A stretch of DNA of 64,000 nucleotides from a bacterium (GTDB taxonomy: Bacteria; Patescibacteriota; Minisyncoccia; Phycocordibacterales; JAUSHB01): assembly GCA_030648955.1 (NCBI GenBank), contig JAUSHB010000011.1, positions 7,366 through 71,365 on the forward strand, in the 5' to 3' direction. The notes under the pieces are model-generated. The model did no database searches. It saw only the letters and a program-made list of their open reading frames with translations, and was not told where the DNA came from. Positions within the stretch are counted from its first letter, which is position 1, and every line of letters begins with the position of its first letter. The translations under genes and the position numbers were made by a program. This document shows, piece after piece, positions 9,590 to 19,978 of the stretch.

Positions 9590-10273
9590 TTAACCAAGAT
9601 CTTTCTTTTTAGACTCGTATTCACTCTTATCAATCTCCCCTTTTGCGTATCGTTCCTTCAAGGTATCAAGCACGCTTTTCTTGAAACAGCTTCCTTCTTT
9701 GCCATGTCCAAAATGTCGCACCAGAAGAACAATGCCAGCGATTATCAAAACCCACCAGAGGATCATGAACACTCCGCCAAACCAGCCCCAATGTCCAAAT
9801 CCAAAGTTCATCATATTGTTTTTTGAATTTTTACCAAAGGGAGACGACCCATCTTGATCCATCCATGCGGTAGACCATCCTCCCATCATAGGCATCATGA
9901 AATTTTCAGATCCTGTAGGAAATGCTGCGCTTGTATCACACCCAGAAAGACGCTTGCCGAGCACAACGTGCATCGCCTCTTCACCTTCTTCGCCCATCAT
10001 CTGTGTTATTCTCTGATTCATTGATACATGCGCATTTCCCGTCATTTGCCCCATAAAATATTCGCCAAGCGCTCCGAGCTGTTCATCTGAAAGCGATGTG
10101 CACACCGTGGTCCCTGCTTGAAGTTTGCCCCAGACTTCCTTCCCTTCTGCTTCTTCTTTTGCAGTATGATCATCAGCACCTGTAGCGCTTTGTTCCGCCA
10201 TCATCCCTTGAGCAGAAGCGGCGCCAAGAGGAATCATAATGAGGAATGCAAACAGTGCAATATATTTTTTCAT
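9590..10273 (-). CDS. Secreted Met-rich protein with C-terminal SHOCT domain (putative Cu/Ag-binding)
   Basis: Signal peptide (MKKYIALFAFLIMIPLGAASA). Met/His-rich segments (GMMAEQ, NFMMPMMGGW, NMMNFGFGHWGW), then a TM helix, then the C-terminus SVLDTLKERYAKGEIDKSEYESKKKDL, which matches the SHOCT 'short C-terminal' domain. Located next to the Cu efflux genes. Confidence 0.6.
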   Translation of the reverse strand: MKKYIALFAFLIMIPLGAASAQGMMAEQSATGADDHTAKEEAEGKEVWGKLQAGTTVCTSLSDEQLGALGEYFMGQMTGNAHVSMNQRITQMMGEEGEEAMHVVLGKRLSGCDTSAAFPTGSENFMMPMMGGWSTAWMDQDGSSPFGKNSKNNMMNFGFGHWGWFGGVFMILWWVLIIAGIVLLVRHFGHGKEGSCFKKSVLDTLKERYAKGEIDKSEYESKKKDLG

Positions 10274-10357
10274 ATAGTTTTAGCTGTGAGTTATATTAAT
10301 AACATATAGTATCCCACAAAGAATGGCCCGACGCCAGCATTCTTTTTACCGAGGTGG

Positions 10358-10573
10358 CTAAAGGGTACTTTTTCCCCAACGGATCTTATTCCAGACGCGT
10401 TCATGGAAAAAATAGAATACCGTATGCATAATACCAAAGAACGAAATCGCGATAAGTGTTACATCATAGCGATGCGTGATCAGAAATATAATAATTCCGT
10501 CCGACACAAGAATAATTGCACGAAATGTGAGTGCTTTGATGATTGAACGCTTGGTATGTTCAGAAAATGCCAT
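10358..10573 (-). CDS. DUF2061-family small membrane protein
   Basis: 71 aa with two TM helices. KRSIIKALTFRAIILVSDGIIIFLITH matches the DUF2061 consensus (KRSI.KAITWR...). Confidence 0.6.
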   Translation of the reverse strand: MAFSEHTKRSIIKALTFRAIILVSDGIIIFLITHRYDVTLIAISFFGIMHTVFYFFHERVWNKIRWGKSTL

Positions 10574-10818
10574 AACAAAATATTAAGTAAGATTTTTAAA
10601 GTATAACAGTTGCACTGATTTTATTACACACTTACATTATACCTCGCAATAAGCACTGCTCTGGTGATGAAAAGTATTAGTGGATCTTCTCAAGATCTTA
10701 CTATTGATAAGAAAGTAGCGATAGTCGGTTCTGGGAGTTTATCTCTTCCGGCACTGAAATATTATTAGAATATTAGAACTATAATTACCCCTCCATTCCC
10801 TCCAATTTCCCTATCCAA

Positions 10819-11157
10819 CTACATTTCCATTTGTTTCATAGAGCTATGAACTTCCGATGCGCCCATAACCTCTGCCATAGATTCATCTCCCATTATTTCC
10901 AAATCCTTTCCTTTCATAATTATCCCTTCCTCTTTATACTTTGATCCCAATTCTTGCATTATTATACCACTCGATTTCATCATTTCCGCCATCTTTTGAA
11001 TGGTGGCCGCTTGGTCGTTCATCATCACAACCGAGTCTTGCAACTCCTTTGTTTTATCTCCATTATCAGTCGGACTCTTCCCAAATGAATATCCAGCACT
11101 GGCACCAATAATGAGAGCGATTACTATTCCAAGGACCAAATTTGTATTGTTATTCAT
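10819..11157 (-). CDS. Small membrane-anchored Met-rich protein (putative metal-binding accessory protein)
   Basis: 112 aa with an N-terminal TM helix, then a Met-rich soluble part (VVMMNDQAATIQKMAEMMKSSGIIMQELG...MKQMEM). Lies immediately upstream of and co-oriented with the CusA-like pump. Confidence 0.5.
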   Translation of the reverse strand: MNNNTNLVLGIVIALIIGASAGYSFGKSPTDNGDKTKELQDSVVMMNDQAATIQKMAEMMKSSGIIMQELGSKYKEEGIIMKGKDLEIMGDESMAEVMGASEVHSSMKQMEM

Positions 11158-11193
11158 ATTATTTTTTATTAATTTGATTAATTAGTTATGACA

Positions 11194-14100
11194 TCAGAAT
11201 CCCGATGACACCATTTCCTTTTCTTGTAATACCGTTTTTTTTCCGAAACGATAGAATAATGCAGGCGTTAGGAAAAGCGAAATGATCGTGGAAGAAATCA
11301 GCCCGCCAAATATTACAACCGCTAATGGATTGAGCATCTCCTTACCTGGATCACCACCCGAAATAATAAGTGGGATAAGAGCAAGTGCTGTCACGAGTGA
11401 TGTCATCAGGACTGGGACAACGCGGTCAAGTGTTGCTTTCACAATTGTCTCTGGAATAAATGGTAAACCTTCCTTTTGCACAAGAGACAAACTGCGACCA
11501 ATGAGCATAATGCCATTTCGAGAAACAATTCCGGCAAGCGAAATAAATCCGACGAGATGCGCAAGATTCACCGATCCGCCCGTTAGCCACACGCCAATCA
11601 TTCCACCAATTAAAACTGTTGGAATATTAGTCATTACCAAAAGCACAATCGGTATCGACTTAAACGCATGATAGAGCACACCGAAAATCATCGCTATCCC
11701 CACAATAAATACTAGGGCTAATTGGCGAGAACTTTCTTTTTGACTTTTGTAATTTCCTTCAAAGGAAAGTGTCACCCCTATTGGGAGTTTTTGCGATAGA
11801 AGTGCGGCTTTTGCTCCCCCTACCGCTCCCACCACATCAGTACCTTGGTAATTGGCAGAGACTACCAGCACCCGTTTTCCTCCTTCATGATCCTGACTAT
11901 TGAGGCCGCCCTCAACCCGAATATCCCCGACACTTCCCAATGATTTCGCTCCCACAAAGGGGAGGGCGAGATCACGCAAAGATGCCATCGTTCCTTTTGA
12001 CTCCGCATCATAACGCACGACAACATCGACTGATGCGGCCCCGAGACGAACTTGTCCTAATGTATCCCCCATAAGCCCCATCTCAATATCACGGGCAACC
12101 TCACCAGAAGATAGGCCGTATTCTGCCAGGCGATTTCTATCAACATAAATACGAAATTCCGGGACAACAGTATTTTGTTGAATACGGGGATTTTCAATTC
12201 CTTTTTGTTTTTTAAGCTCGGCGAGAACTTGTTTGGCGGCATTCTCCATTTTTATCGGATCATCGCCAAAAACTTTTACCACGATAGGTGCTCGCACGCC
12301 CGAGAGAAGCATCTCCACACGATGCGTGATTGGCTGTCCCAGACTAAAGTCAGCATCACCGAATCTACCAAGCACTGCCTGAATGTCCACGAAGATTCTC
12401 GTGCGCTCGCCCTCAAATCCAGGCTTGAGCGCGATCTGCACCTCACTTGAGTTAGCACTTCCTCCGTGAGGATCAGCAGATGCTCGTCCGGCAATATTGC
12501 TCACTTGGCGCACTCCTTTTACTTGAAGCAGGGCATTTTCAAGCTTTATCACATATTCATTCGTTGTGGAAAGCGCCGTACCGGGTGGCAAAAAGAGCAT
12601 GACCACCATCGACCCTTCATTAAATGGTGGAATTCCTTCCTTACCGGCAAAGAAATACATTCCGACCGTGAGAAAGAGGGCTATTACCGTGATACTTCCA
12701 ATTATTTTCACATTGGTGATACACCAATAGATCCACGGCGTTATGCGTTCTTTGATTTTTTGTACAATCTTTGTCTCTTTCTCGTGCCCGGCAAGCGATT
12801 TGTCGTTAAGTAGGAGTGCGGAGAGTACAGGTGTCACCGTAAGCGACACTACCATAGACGCAACAATAGAAACAAGATATGCAGCCCCGAGAGCCACGAG
12901 AAGTCGTCCTTCAATACCCGGCATAAAGAATATCGGGATAAACACCACCGCAACAAGAATGGTCGCGTAGACAATTGAATTACGAACCTCTGTTGAAGCG
13001 GACAAGATGACGCCTTCATAATCTTCTTTTTTGTCGGAAGATATCCACAAGCGCAAGCGGCGAAAAACATTTTCAACGCCAACAATCGCATCATCAACGA
13101 GTTCACCCACCGCAACTGCGACACCACCCAAAGTCATTACATTTATCGAGAAGCCAAATACCTTAAATACAATCGCGGTAATCAGAATAGATAGGGGAAT
13201 TGCAGCCAATGTAATAATAGTCACTCTTCCGTTCATAAGGAAGATAACGAGAACTAAGATGACCAGTATTGTGCCATCACGAAGAGCTCCTTCAACATTC
13301 TTCAAGCCTGCACGAATAAAATTCTCCTGTCGAAAAAGATTCGGGTGAAGTTCTACTCCGGAAGGAAGGCTTGCGGAAAGTGATCTGAATGTTGTATCTA
13401 TTGCATCGGTAACCGTGAGAGTCTGCGCATCTGGCTGTCTAATGATTCGTAATATAACACCGGACTTGCCATCAATTGCTCCGCTTCCGCGAATAATACT
13501 CGGTCCCTCAATAACCGCCGCAATATCACCAAGACGAACGGGGCTTTCGTCCATCGGATTCTGACCGATAGAAATGTCCCGTAAATCAGCGGCTTCGGTT
13601 GGTGCAATAAGGATACGGATAGAATATTCTTTTCCCCCCTCCGTAAGAAGACCTCCGCTTTTATTTACGAGAGCATTTTCTACATTTTTACGGATGTCAT
13701 CAAGCATTATCCCATAACGGCGCATGCGTTCGGCATTGATATTAATCTGCCACTCGCGAACATCACCACCCATCACCAAAACATTTGCCACACCTTCCGT
13801 TTTAAGTAATGCGGGGCGAATGGTCCAATTTGCAAGAGTCCGAAGTTCCATCGGGGTTATTTTAGAATCAGATGAGCTTATCCCGATCCACATAATCTCC
13901 CCCAATAGAGATGTTGACGGACCGAGAATTGGCTTTACGCCGAAAGGCAATATTGCTTGCGCCAAGCGTTCTTGCACTACCTGTCTATTGCGCAATGTAT
14001 CACTCCCCCAAGCAAATTCCATATTAACTGTTGCTTGTGCAAATGATGCATTACTTCGTATTCTTTCGACACCAGGAGCCCCGGCAATTACTGCTTCAAT

Positions 14101-14304
14101 AGGATTAAGAATGAGTCGTTCGACTTCTTCGGCCGCCATACCTGGACTTTCCGCAAAGATCGTGACTGTTGGCTTGTTGATATCGGGAAGAATATCCACT
14201 TTCATGGTAGCAATACTCCACAACCCTGCGATGGTCGTAATTCCAGCTATGACAAGCACGGTGATTTTATTTCCAAGGGACCAAGAAATGATTTTGTTAA
14301 ACAT
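11194..14304 (-). CDS. cusA: Heavy-metal efflux RND transporter, CusA/CzcA (HME-RND) family
   Basis: About 1036 aa. The N-terminus MFNKIISWSLGNKITVLVIAGITT...PDINKPTVTIFAESPGMAAEEVERLILNPIE carries the HME-RND signature region, followed by 12 TM helices and large periplasmic loops. I chose Met24 of the ORF as the start (ATG at 14302-14304) because it avoids overlap with the upstream gene and gives a canonical N-terminus. Confidence 0.9.
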   Translation of the reverse strand: MFNKIISWSLGNKITVLVIAGITTIAGLWSIATMKVDILPDINKPTVTIFAESPGMAAEEVERLILNPIEAVIAGAPGVERIRSNASFAQATVNMEFAWGSDTLRNRQVVQERLAQAILPFGVKPILGPSTSLLGEIMWIGISSSDSKITPMELRTLANWTIRPALLKTEGVANVLVMGGDVREWQININAERMRRYGIMLDDIRKNVENALVNKSGGLLTEGGKEYSIRILIAPTEAADLRDISIGQNPMDESPVRLGDIAAVIEGPSIIRGSGAIDGKSGVILRIIRQPDAQTLTVTDAIDTTFRSLSASLPSGVELHPNLFRQENFIRAGLKNVEGALRDGTILVILVLVIFLMNGRVTIITLAAIPLSILITAIVFKVFGFSINVMTLGGVAVAVGELVDDAIVGVENVFRRLRLWISSDKKEDYEGVILSASTEVRNSIVYATILVAVVFIPIFFMPGIEGRLLVALGAAYLVSIVASMVVSLTVTPVLSALLLNDKSLAGHEKETKIVQKIKERITPWIYWCITNVKIIGSITVIALFLTVGMYFFAGKEGIPPFNEGSMVVMLFLPPGTALSTTNEYVIKLENALLQVKGVRQVSNIAGRASADPHGGSANSSEVQIALKPGFEGERTRIFVDIQAVLGRFGDADFSLGQPITHRVEMLLSGVRAPIVVKVFGDDPIKMENAAKQVLAELKKQKGIENPRIQQNTVVPEFRIYVDRNRLAEYGLSSGEVARDIEMGLMGDTLGQVRLGAASVDVVVRYDAESKGTMASLRDLALPFVGAKSLGSVGDIRVEGGLNSQDHEGGKRVLVVSANYQGTDVVGAVGGAKAALLSQKLPIGVTLSFEGNYKSQKESSRQLALVFIVGIAMIFGVLYHAFKSIPIVLLVMTNIPTVLIGGMIGVWLTGGSVNLAHLVGFISLAGIVSRNGIMLIGRSLSLVQKEGLPFIPETIVKATLDRVVPVLMTSLVTALALIPLIISGGDPGKEMLNPLAVVIFGGLISSTIISLFLTPALFYRFGKKTVLQEKEMVSSGF

Positions 14305-14314
14305 ATATTTTGGA

Positions 14315-15997
14315 TTACATCCCCGGCATATTTTCATGCCCGCCCGACTTAGCAGGGAACGTTGCGGCGCCATCTTTTGATACGGGATCTTTTATGGTGT
14401 CATCAAGTAGTACGCCCTCGTAAATATCTGCGGTAGGGCTTATGATATAGCGATCACCATTTTTAAGCCCCTCATACACTTCGATTGAGGCGCCGAGCGT
14501 ACGACCAATAATTATCTTTTTTGCAAAGATTCTCCCCCCTTCTGATACGCCCCACACATGTGGTACGCCCTCTTCACTCCACCACACTGATGAAATTTCA
14601 ATAATGGGATCACGTGAGCTTTGTGGAGCAATAACTCGCACCGATGCATTGACTGGCCAATCCACTGGCGTCAAAAATGTCGCGTCAGCCATATATGCAC
14701 CAGTAGTGTCAAGCGACGTGCCGATGCCAAATACTTTAACGTTTTGAATATCCTGCGAAAAACCTGGTCGCACAACAGATAATGTCGAGCCAATTTTTGG
14801 AAGTTTTACATTACTTGGAATACTGAAGCGTACAAACCGCTCGCCGATATTACCAGTATTAAGCGAAGCAACGGGCATACCCGGACCTACGAATTCCCCC
14901 ACCTTTTTAGTGATAGTTGAAATTACGCCCGAGCGCGGAGCAGGAATAAAGAGGCCTCCATTAATACTCCGTTCAACGGTTGCGTAAGAGGCCTCTGCAG
15001 CTTTGACCTCTGCACGTGACATTGCGCGTAATCGTTCATTGTCTGCAATTTTTTCATTAATTTCTCTCCACATAGTTTTATACTCGATCTCTGTTGTCGT
15101 GATCTCCGCGAGCATCGTGAGAAATTTTTCCTGATCTTCACGCATCATTGTTCGAATATCAGTGATCTCGGAGCTCTCCTGTGTCGTGTTCGCGAGACGA
15201 ACCGCCACCGCAAGGTATTCCCGAGCAGAATCAAACGGAAATACATCTGGATTATTCAACTCTTTGGCGAGCCTCATAAAAGCAAGTTCGTATGCATTTT
15301 GATTTGATTGATCAAGTTGTCCATATTGCCTATTGAGACTGCCAAATCGGAACGAGGAAGGAGTTGTGGCATTACTCGCAACACTCCCATGCTTGAACAA
15401 AATCTGGTCAATAAAAACACGAACGTTTTGCTTTTGCGCACTCACGGTATTTTTGATTTGCACCCCGCTTGCCTCCTTTTCAAAAGAACTCGAAAGTGTT
15501 TTGAGTTGCTCTATTGTTTTTTCAGTAAAGATTTCTGTAGTTGTTGCTTGCGCTCGGGCGCGAGCCAAGAGCTCTGCTTTGTCTGCAAGCATAGATATGA
15601 GCTCTGGTGTTGCTGGTGGCGGAGAAAGTTTACCGAGCGTCTGACCTTCGTTTACCCACTGACCGATTTTTACCCTCCATTCAACAATTGTCCCCTCGCG
15701 CTGTGGTTGTATGGGAATATTCCCAAGTGAAACAATCTCCCCGGACCACGAACTTCCTGGCGATTCAGTACCTGTTGCAATTTCAGCGCCTACGGTTGCA
15801 ACACCACGCATCTTGGATGAGTCGTCGGAATCTTCCATACTTAACGCGACCGATGCCTGCATCGCGCGCTGATTAAACACATTCTTGCTGGCAAACGCCG
15901 TACCAAAAACAGTGAGTGCGAGAACCGCGAATACCATTCCTGCCATTTTTTTATCACCCGATAGACGAGTAATAATTTTTTTAATAATATCATTCAT
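14315..15997 (-). CDS. Periplasmic adaptor (membrane fusion protein, CusB/HlyD-like) with a long coiled-coil
   Basis: 560 aa with an N-terminal TM helix, a very long coiled-coil region, and C-terminal beta-barrel/MPD-like regions (RSGVISTITKKVGEFVGPGMPVASL...). Separated from cusA by 10 nt. The C-terminus GGHENMPGM is Met/His-rich. Confidence 0.65.
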   Translation of the reverse strand: MNDIIKKIITRLSGDKKMAGMVFAVLALTVFGTAFASKNVFNQRAMQASVALSMEDSDDSSKMRGVATVGAEIATGTESPGSSWSGEIVSLGNIPIQPQREGTIVEWRVKIGQWVNEGQTLGKLSPPPATPELISMLADKAELLARARAQATTTEIFTEKTIEQLKTLSSSFEKEASGVQIKNTVSAQKQNVRVFIDQILFKHGSVASNATTPSSFRFGSLNRQYGQLDQSNQNAYELAFMRLAKELNNPDVFPFDSAREYLAVAVRLANTTQESSEITDIRTMMREDQEKFLTMLAEITTTEIEYKTMWREINEKIADNERLRAMSRAEVKAAEASYATVERSINGGLFIPAPRSGVISTITKKVGEFVGPGMPVASLNTGNIGERFVRFSIPSNVKLPKIGSTLSVVRPGFSQDIQNVKVFGIGTSLDTTGAYMADATFLTPVDWPVNASVRVIAPQSSRDPIIEISSVWWSEEGVPHVWGVSEGGRIFAKKIIIGRTLGASIEVYEGLKNGDRYIISPTADIYEGVLLDDTIKDPVSKDGAATFPAKSGGHENMPGM

Positions 15998-16105
15998 ATT
16001 TTTTCAGTAGTTAATTAATTTTCTAAAAACAACAAAAAAGCGCGCTTGAGGCGGCTTAAGAAGGCAAAAGAAAAACTGTCGGGTTGTGACCGTTATTCTT
16101 TCGCC

Positions 16106-16504
16106 TTAATTCAGAGATGGACTATTTACCAAAAGAGACAACCAGCGAGTAAGTGCCTGCGGTCGGTACAGTTTCGCGGTAAAATTGCGAGACAAGATAA
16201 ACAGTTGCGGGGTGAGGTGTATTCTTAATATATACGTCAATACAACCAGAAGAAAGACAACCGCCAATACTTGTGTGACAATCGAAGAAACAATACCATT
16301 AGTAAACGCCTGATACATTGAAAGAGAATGCGAGAGCGCAGACAAAGCGCCTGAAGAGCAAACAGAAATAGGGAGCGACGCAATTGGGCAATTACTGCTC
16401 ATTACGCCATCTGCGCTGTGTTTCATTGCAAAAAAACCGAAAATGCCTATTCCGATAATCCCTAGAATTACTATGAGTGCTATACAATATTTCATACTAT
16501 TCAC
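16106..16504 (-). CDS. Hypothetical membrane protein with Cys motifs
   Basis: 132 aa with 3-4 TM helices and Cys residues in SNCPIASLPISVCSS. Lies between cusB and the P-type ATPase. Confidence 0.45.
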   Translation of the reverse strand: MNSMKYCIALIVILGIIGIGIFGFFAMKHSADGVMSSNCPIASLPISVCSSGALSALSHSLSMYQAFTNGIVSSIVTQVLAVVFLLVVLTYILRIHLTPQLFILSRNFTAKLYRPQALTRWLSLLVNSPSLN

Positions 16505-16539
16505 GCTATTTATACTATCGTACTCCTTGGTTACCGTAA

Positions 16540-18684
16540 TTACAAGGGCTGTCTTCGTAAGAGTACTGCATTGAAAGCCACAATAACAGTACTCAAAGAC
16601 ATGAACACCGCCGCAATCGCTGGCTCTAAGAGTATACCTTTAAATGCCAAAACACCAGCCGCAAGCGGAATTGCAATCACATTATACCCTGTTGCCCAAA
16701 AAAGATTTTGAATCATTTTTGCGTATGTGATCTTTGAGAGCCGAATGATCTTTGGAATATCACGGGGGTCATTTCTCACAAGAATAATTCCCGCCGATTC
16801 GATTGCCACATTCGTCCCTGCTCCAATGGCAATACCGACATCAGCTTGAGTAAGTGCCGGTGCGTCATTCACGCCGTCACCAACCATGGCCACCTTCAAA
16901 CCACGAGACTGCAAAAGCTTCACCTTCTCCGACTTCTGCTCCGGAAGTACGCGAGCAAAATATTCGTCGATGCCAAGTTCTTCCGCAACCCATTTTGCCA
17001 CGTCTTCCGAATCACCCGTGATCATAGCAGTCTTGATTCCCATCGCGCGAAGACTGTTGATCGCTTCGCGTGACTCCTCGCGTATGACATCAGCAAGCGC
17101 AATCGCGCCGAGCGCTTTGCCATCCCGTATGACAACATTTATTGTTTTACCTTGGCTCTCTAGCACGCGAACTTTTTCTTTGATATTACCCTGAAGCGCC
17201 GCGTTGCGCTCCTCCGAAAGCGACGTACTTCCGATGATTGTTTCCACGCCATTGACTAGGGCTTGAGCACCCTTCCCTGGTATCCTTTCAAAATTCTTCA
17301 CCGACAGAAGCGCGATGTTTTTCTTTTTCGCTTCTTCCACCATCGCCCTTGCAAGCGGATGCTCGGAGAGACTATTCACCGAGGCGGCGTATTGCAGAAT
17401 TTCGGCTTCATTCCCTTCCGTCACGGGGATAAGCGCGTCAATCCCAAACTCCCCGCGAGTAAGTGTTCCTGTTTTGTCAAATAAAACGACATCGATGTTG
17501 CGCGCGGCTTCAAGTGCAAGGCGTTGTTTGACGAGAAATCCATTCCGCGCTGCTTTCGTTGTTGAAATGGATGCAACGAGCGGTATTGCGAGCCCAAGCG
17601 CGTGCGGGCAAGCAATGACAAGCACCGCGACCATACGATTAATGGCAAATGCGACGTCAGAGAGCGCAAGCCACGTTGCAAATGTGATGCCACCAGTAAC
17701 CACCGCGATGATGGTGAGATAATACGCCGCGCGGTCGGAGAGCATCTGGAGCCGTGACTTTGAACTTTGCGCCTCCGCGACAAGGCGCATCACGCCGGCC
17801 AAAAATGTTTCGGCGCCAATCTTCGTCACCGTCACTTGGAGAGAACCGTCGCTAAGCGTCGTGCCAGCGATCACCGCATCGCCTTCTTTTTTTGGCACAG
17901 GTTTTGATTCGCCGGTCGCAATGGATTCGTTCACGTCCGAGACTCCATCTTTCACGACGCCATCCGCAGGAATTCTGCCGCCCGGTTTTACCAGCATCAG
18001 ATCGCCCTTCCTCAATTCCGAGAGTGCGATCGTCTCCACCTTCCCGTCTCGCACAACCTCTGCTTGGTCCGGCAAGAGTTTTGATAGTTCTTGAAGAGCA
18101 CCCCGCGCTCCCGAAACGGCACGCATCTCAAGCCAGTGTCCCAAAAGCATGATGGTGATGAGCGTCGCGAGCTCCCAAAAAAGTGTCTCGCCTTCCCCAA
18201 TGAACACAACGGCGACGCTATACACATACGCCGTAGTAATCGCAAGCGAAATCAAGGTCATCATTCCCGGCAAGTGCGCTTTGAGTTCCCGATATGCGGA
18301 CGCGATAAATATCCATCCGCCATAAAAGAAAATGATTGAGGAGAGAATAAACGGTAGATACTCCGAACCAAAAAACTGCGGAGCTTCCCAATTAAGAAGT
18401 TTCTGCGCGATGTCGGAATAAGCGACAATTGGGATAGACAAAATAAGACTTACCCAGAACTTAACCTTAAAGATACTTGTGGAATGCCCTTCGTGTTTAT
18501 TGTGTCCATCGCCATTAACTGTTTTTATTTTTTGCATTCTTGGCACCAGATTCATCCCACACGCCGAACATATTCCTGGCTTGTCAGAAACAATTTTGGG
18601 ATGCATCGGACAGGCGTAAGAAACCCCGAGAGAATCTCTTGTGCTTGACTCCCGGTTCGTGTGGTCATGTAGTGAGTGGTCCAT
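16540..18684 (-). CDS. Copper-translocating P1B-type ATPase, CopB-like (CPH motif)
   Basis: DKTGTLT, GDGVNDAPAL and TGES are present. The TM6 motif is 'IACPHALGLAIP' (CPH rather than CPC), characteristic of the P1B-3/CopB subgroup. The N-terminus has a Cys-rich heavy-metal-binding domain, CPMHPKIVSDKPGICSACGM. SD GGGAGA lies upstream. Confidence 0.9.
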   Translation of the reverse strand: MDHSLHDHTNRESSTRDSLGVSYACPMHPKIVSDKPGICSACGMNLVPRMQKIKTVNGDGHNKHEGHSTSIFKVKFWVSLILSIPIVAYSDIAQKLLNWEAPQFFGSEYLPFILSSIIFFYGGWIFIASAYRELKAHLPGMMTLISLAITTAYVYSVAVVFIGEGETLFWELATLITIMLLGHWLEMRAVSGARGALQELSKLLPDQAEVVRDGKVETIALSELRKGDLMLVKPGGRIPADGVVKDGVSDVNESIATGESKPVPKKEGDAVIAGTTLSDGSLQVTVTKIGAETFLAGVMRLVAEAQSSKSRLQMLSDRAAYYLTIIAVVTGGITFATWLALSDVAFAINRMVAVLVIACPHALGLAIPLVASISTTKAARNGFLVKQRLALEAARNIDVVLFDKTGTLTRGEFGIDALIPVTEGNEAEILQYAASVNSLSEHPLARAMVEEAKKKNIALLSVKNFERIPGKGAQALVNGVETIIGSTSLSEERNAALQGNIKEKVRVLESQGKTINVVIRDGKALGAIALADVIREESREAINSLRAMGIKTAMITGDSEDVAKWVAEELGIDEYFARVLPEQKSEKVKLLQSRGLKVAMVGDGVNDAPALTQADVGIAIGAGTNVAIESAGIILVRNDPRDIPKIIRLSKITYAKMIQNLFWATGYNVIAIPLAAGVLAFKGILLEPAIAAVFMSLSTVIVAFNAVLLRRQPL

Positions 18685-18689
18685 GACAA

Positions 18690-18911
18690 TTAAATAATTT
18701 CTCCCTGTTTCTCAAGCATCATGTGGTGAATCGTTCCAATCGCAAGCCAAATTGCAATAAGAATAAGAATTCCAGCGCAGAGCAGTGCATCCACTTTTGT
18801 AATACCAAACACAAGATTATCAGACCCACCTAAAATTGCGCCCGCAAATGTAGTAACTCCAGTTAACCCCACAACAACGCTTATAATATGCATTGCTTTT
18901 GATAGTTTCAT
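18690..18911 (-). CDS. Small two-TM membrane protein
   Basis: 73-aa ORF ending 6 nt upstream of the ATPase start and co-oriented with it. It contains HHMM. Confidence 0.4.
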   Translation of the reverse strand: MKLSKAMHIISVVVGLTGVTTFAGAILGGSDNLVFGITKVDALLCAGILILIAIWLAIGTIHHMMLEKQGEII

Positions 18912-18973
18912 ATTTTTGAATTAAATTAATTGTTAACCAACCGTAATGTATAACTTTTTACCTCATGCATGAT

Positions 18974-19432
18974 TTATGATTTTTGCATCTGTTTCATGTG
19001 ACGATTAAACTCGACAATTTTTTGCGCGATATAAGCAATTCCGCCAACATTAAAGATGATACCAACCCAGAAAAGTTCTGTCTGGTATTGGCCAATAATG
19101 CTTACGAATCCAGTGATACCTAGCACGGGAAGAATGTTTGCAAGATAATGCGCGCAACAAGAGATCATGGCTGCAGTCGAAGTTGTTCCGGAGATAGCGA
19201 CGACTGCCTTAGGCCCGTTGCCATGTGCCACCGCTTGCTTGAGGTAACTGTAAAGACCGATCTGAATGCCGAATCCGACTGCCAAACCCAGAATGAAATA
19301 CCAATACGCGTAAAATTGGCTCAAGGTGAATTCCCAGCCGGAAATAAACGTGACCACGAGAAAGAATACGGCAAGCATTGTGATTGCCGCTGCGATTCCC
19401 TTGGTGACTGTTTGGATAATTGTTTTAGACAT
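18974..19432 (-). CDS. Membrane protein with conserved Cys-Cys motif (possible metal-handling)
   Basis: 152 aa with about 4 TM helices. The MISCCAHYL motif sits inside a TM helix. Confidence 0.5.
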   Translation of the reverse strand: MSKTIIQTVTKGIAAAITMLAVFFLVVTFISGWEFTLSQFYAYWYFILGLAVGFGIQIGLYSYLKQAVAHGNGPKAVVAISGTTSTAAMISCCAHYLANILPVLGITGFVSIIGQYQTELFWVGIIFNVGGIAYIAQKIVEFNRHMKQMQKS

Positions 19433-19454
19433 AACTTAAGGTGTAATTAATTTA

Positions 19455-19955
19455 CTAATCCGTATTTCCCTTAAACTTTAATGCGTCCTTACCGAGATCG
19501 TAGTCCACTTCGACAAAGATTTTTGCTTCAGGTGCTTTTCCGTGTGCATTTGACTTGATGGTAGCCGTCCTAAAAAATTTTCCATCGTCTTCGTAGTGAA
19601 AATTAGGATCGAATACTATCGTAAGTGTTCCCTCCTCCCCGGGTCGTAATATTTTTTTATCTACCGTTGCGGTGGTACAACTACATGAGGCAAGAACTTC
19701 ATTGATGGTAACATCTTCGCTTCCATTATTGAATACATCAAATGTTTTTGAAACCGTGCCACCACTTTGGCGGATTTTCCCGAAATCATATTCTTCCGGA
19801 GTAAGGGTGAGGTGCGGTCCATGTACGCGTGCGGGAACTGTTTCATTCCCCGCCACAGGTTCTGCTGGGGCAGTTTGATTTTTGGGGAGATTAACAGCGA
19901 GTAGCACCAAAAGCGCCACAATGCCAATTGTTATTACTATATTTTTTTGCGTCAT
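19455..19955 (-). CDS. DUF1573-family protein (membrane-anchored, ASPM/Hydin-like beta-sandwich)
   Basis: N-terminal TM helix. The ...LASCSCTTATV... motif is the DUF1573 SC.CT signature. Paralogous to the next gene. Confidence 0.7.
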   Translation of the reverse strand: MTQKNIVITIGIVALLVLLAVNLPKNQTAPAEPVAGNETVPARVHGPHLTLTPEEYDFGKIRQSGGTVSKTFDVFNNGSEDVTINEVLASCSCTTATVDKKILRPGEEGTLTIVFDPNFHYEDDGKFFRTATIKSNAHGKAPEAKIFVEVDYDLGKDALKFKGNTD

Positions 19956-19978
19956 ATGTTTAAAGGTTAAGATTAAAT

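Noticed and set aside
11194-14373. Longer N-terminal extensions offered by the ORF track for cusA, pirin, malic enzyme, GH18, dus and hicA
   Set aside because: The extensions start at TTG or at upstream ATGs that overlap neighbouring genes and add non-homologous residues. Internal ATGs give canonical N-termini and signal peptides.
13724-14380. 218-aa + strand ORF, and several others at 11282-11671, 12175-12970 and 13031-13348, inside the cusA region
   Set aside because: They lie antisense to a strongly supported 1036-aa RND transporter. Their Ser/Arg/Ile-rich composition is typical of shadow ORFs. No independent signals support them.
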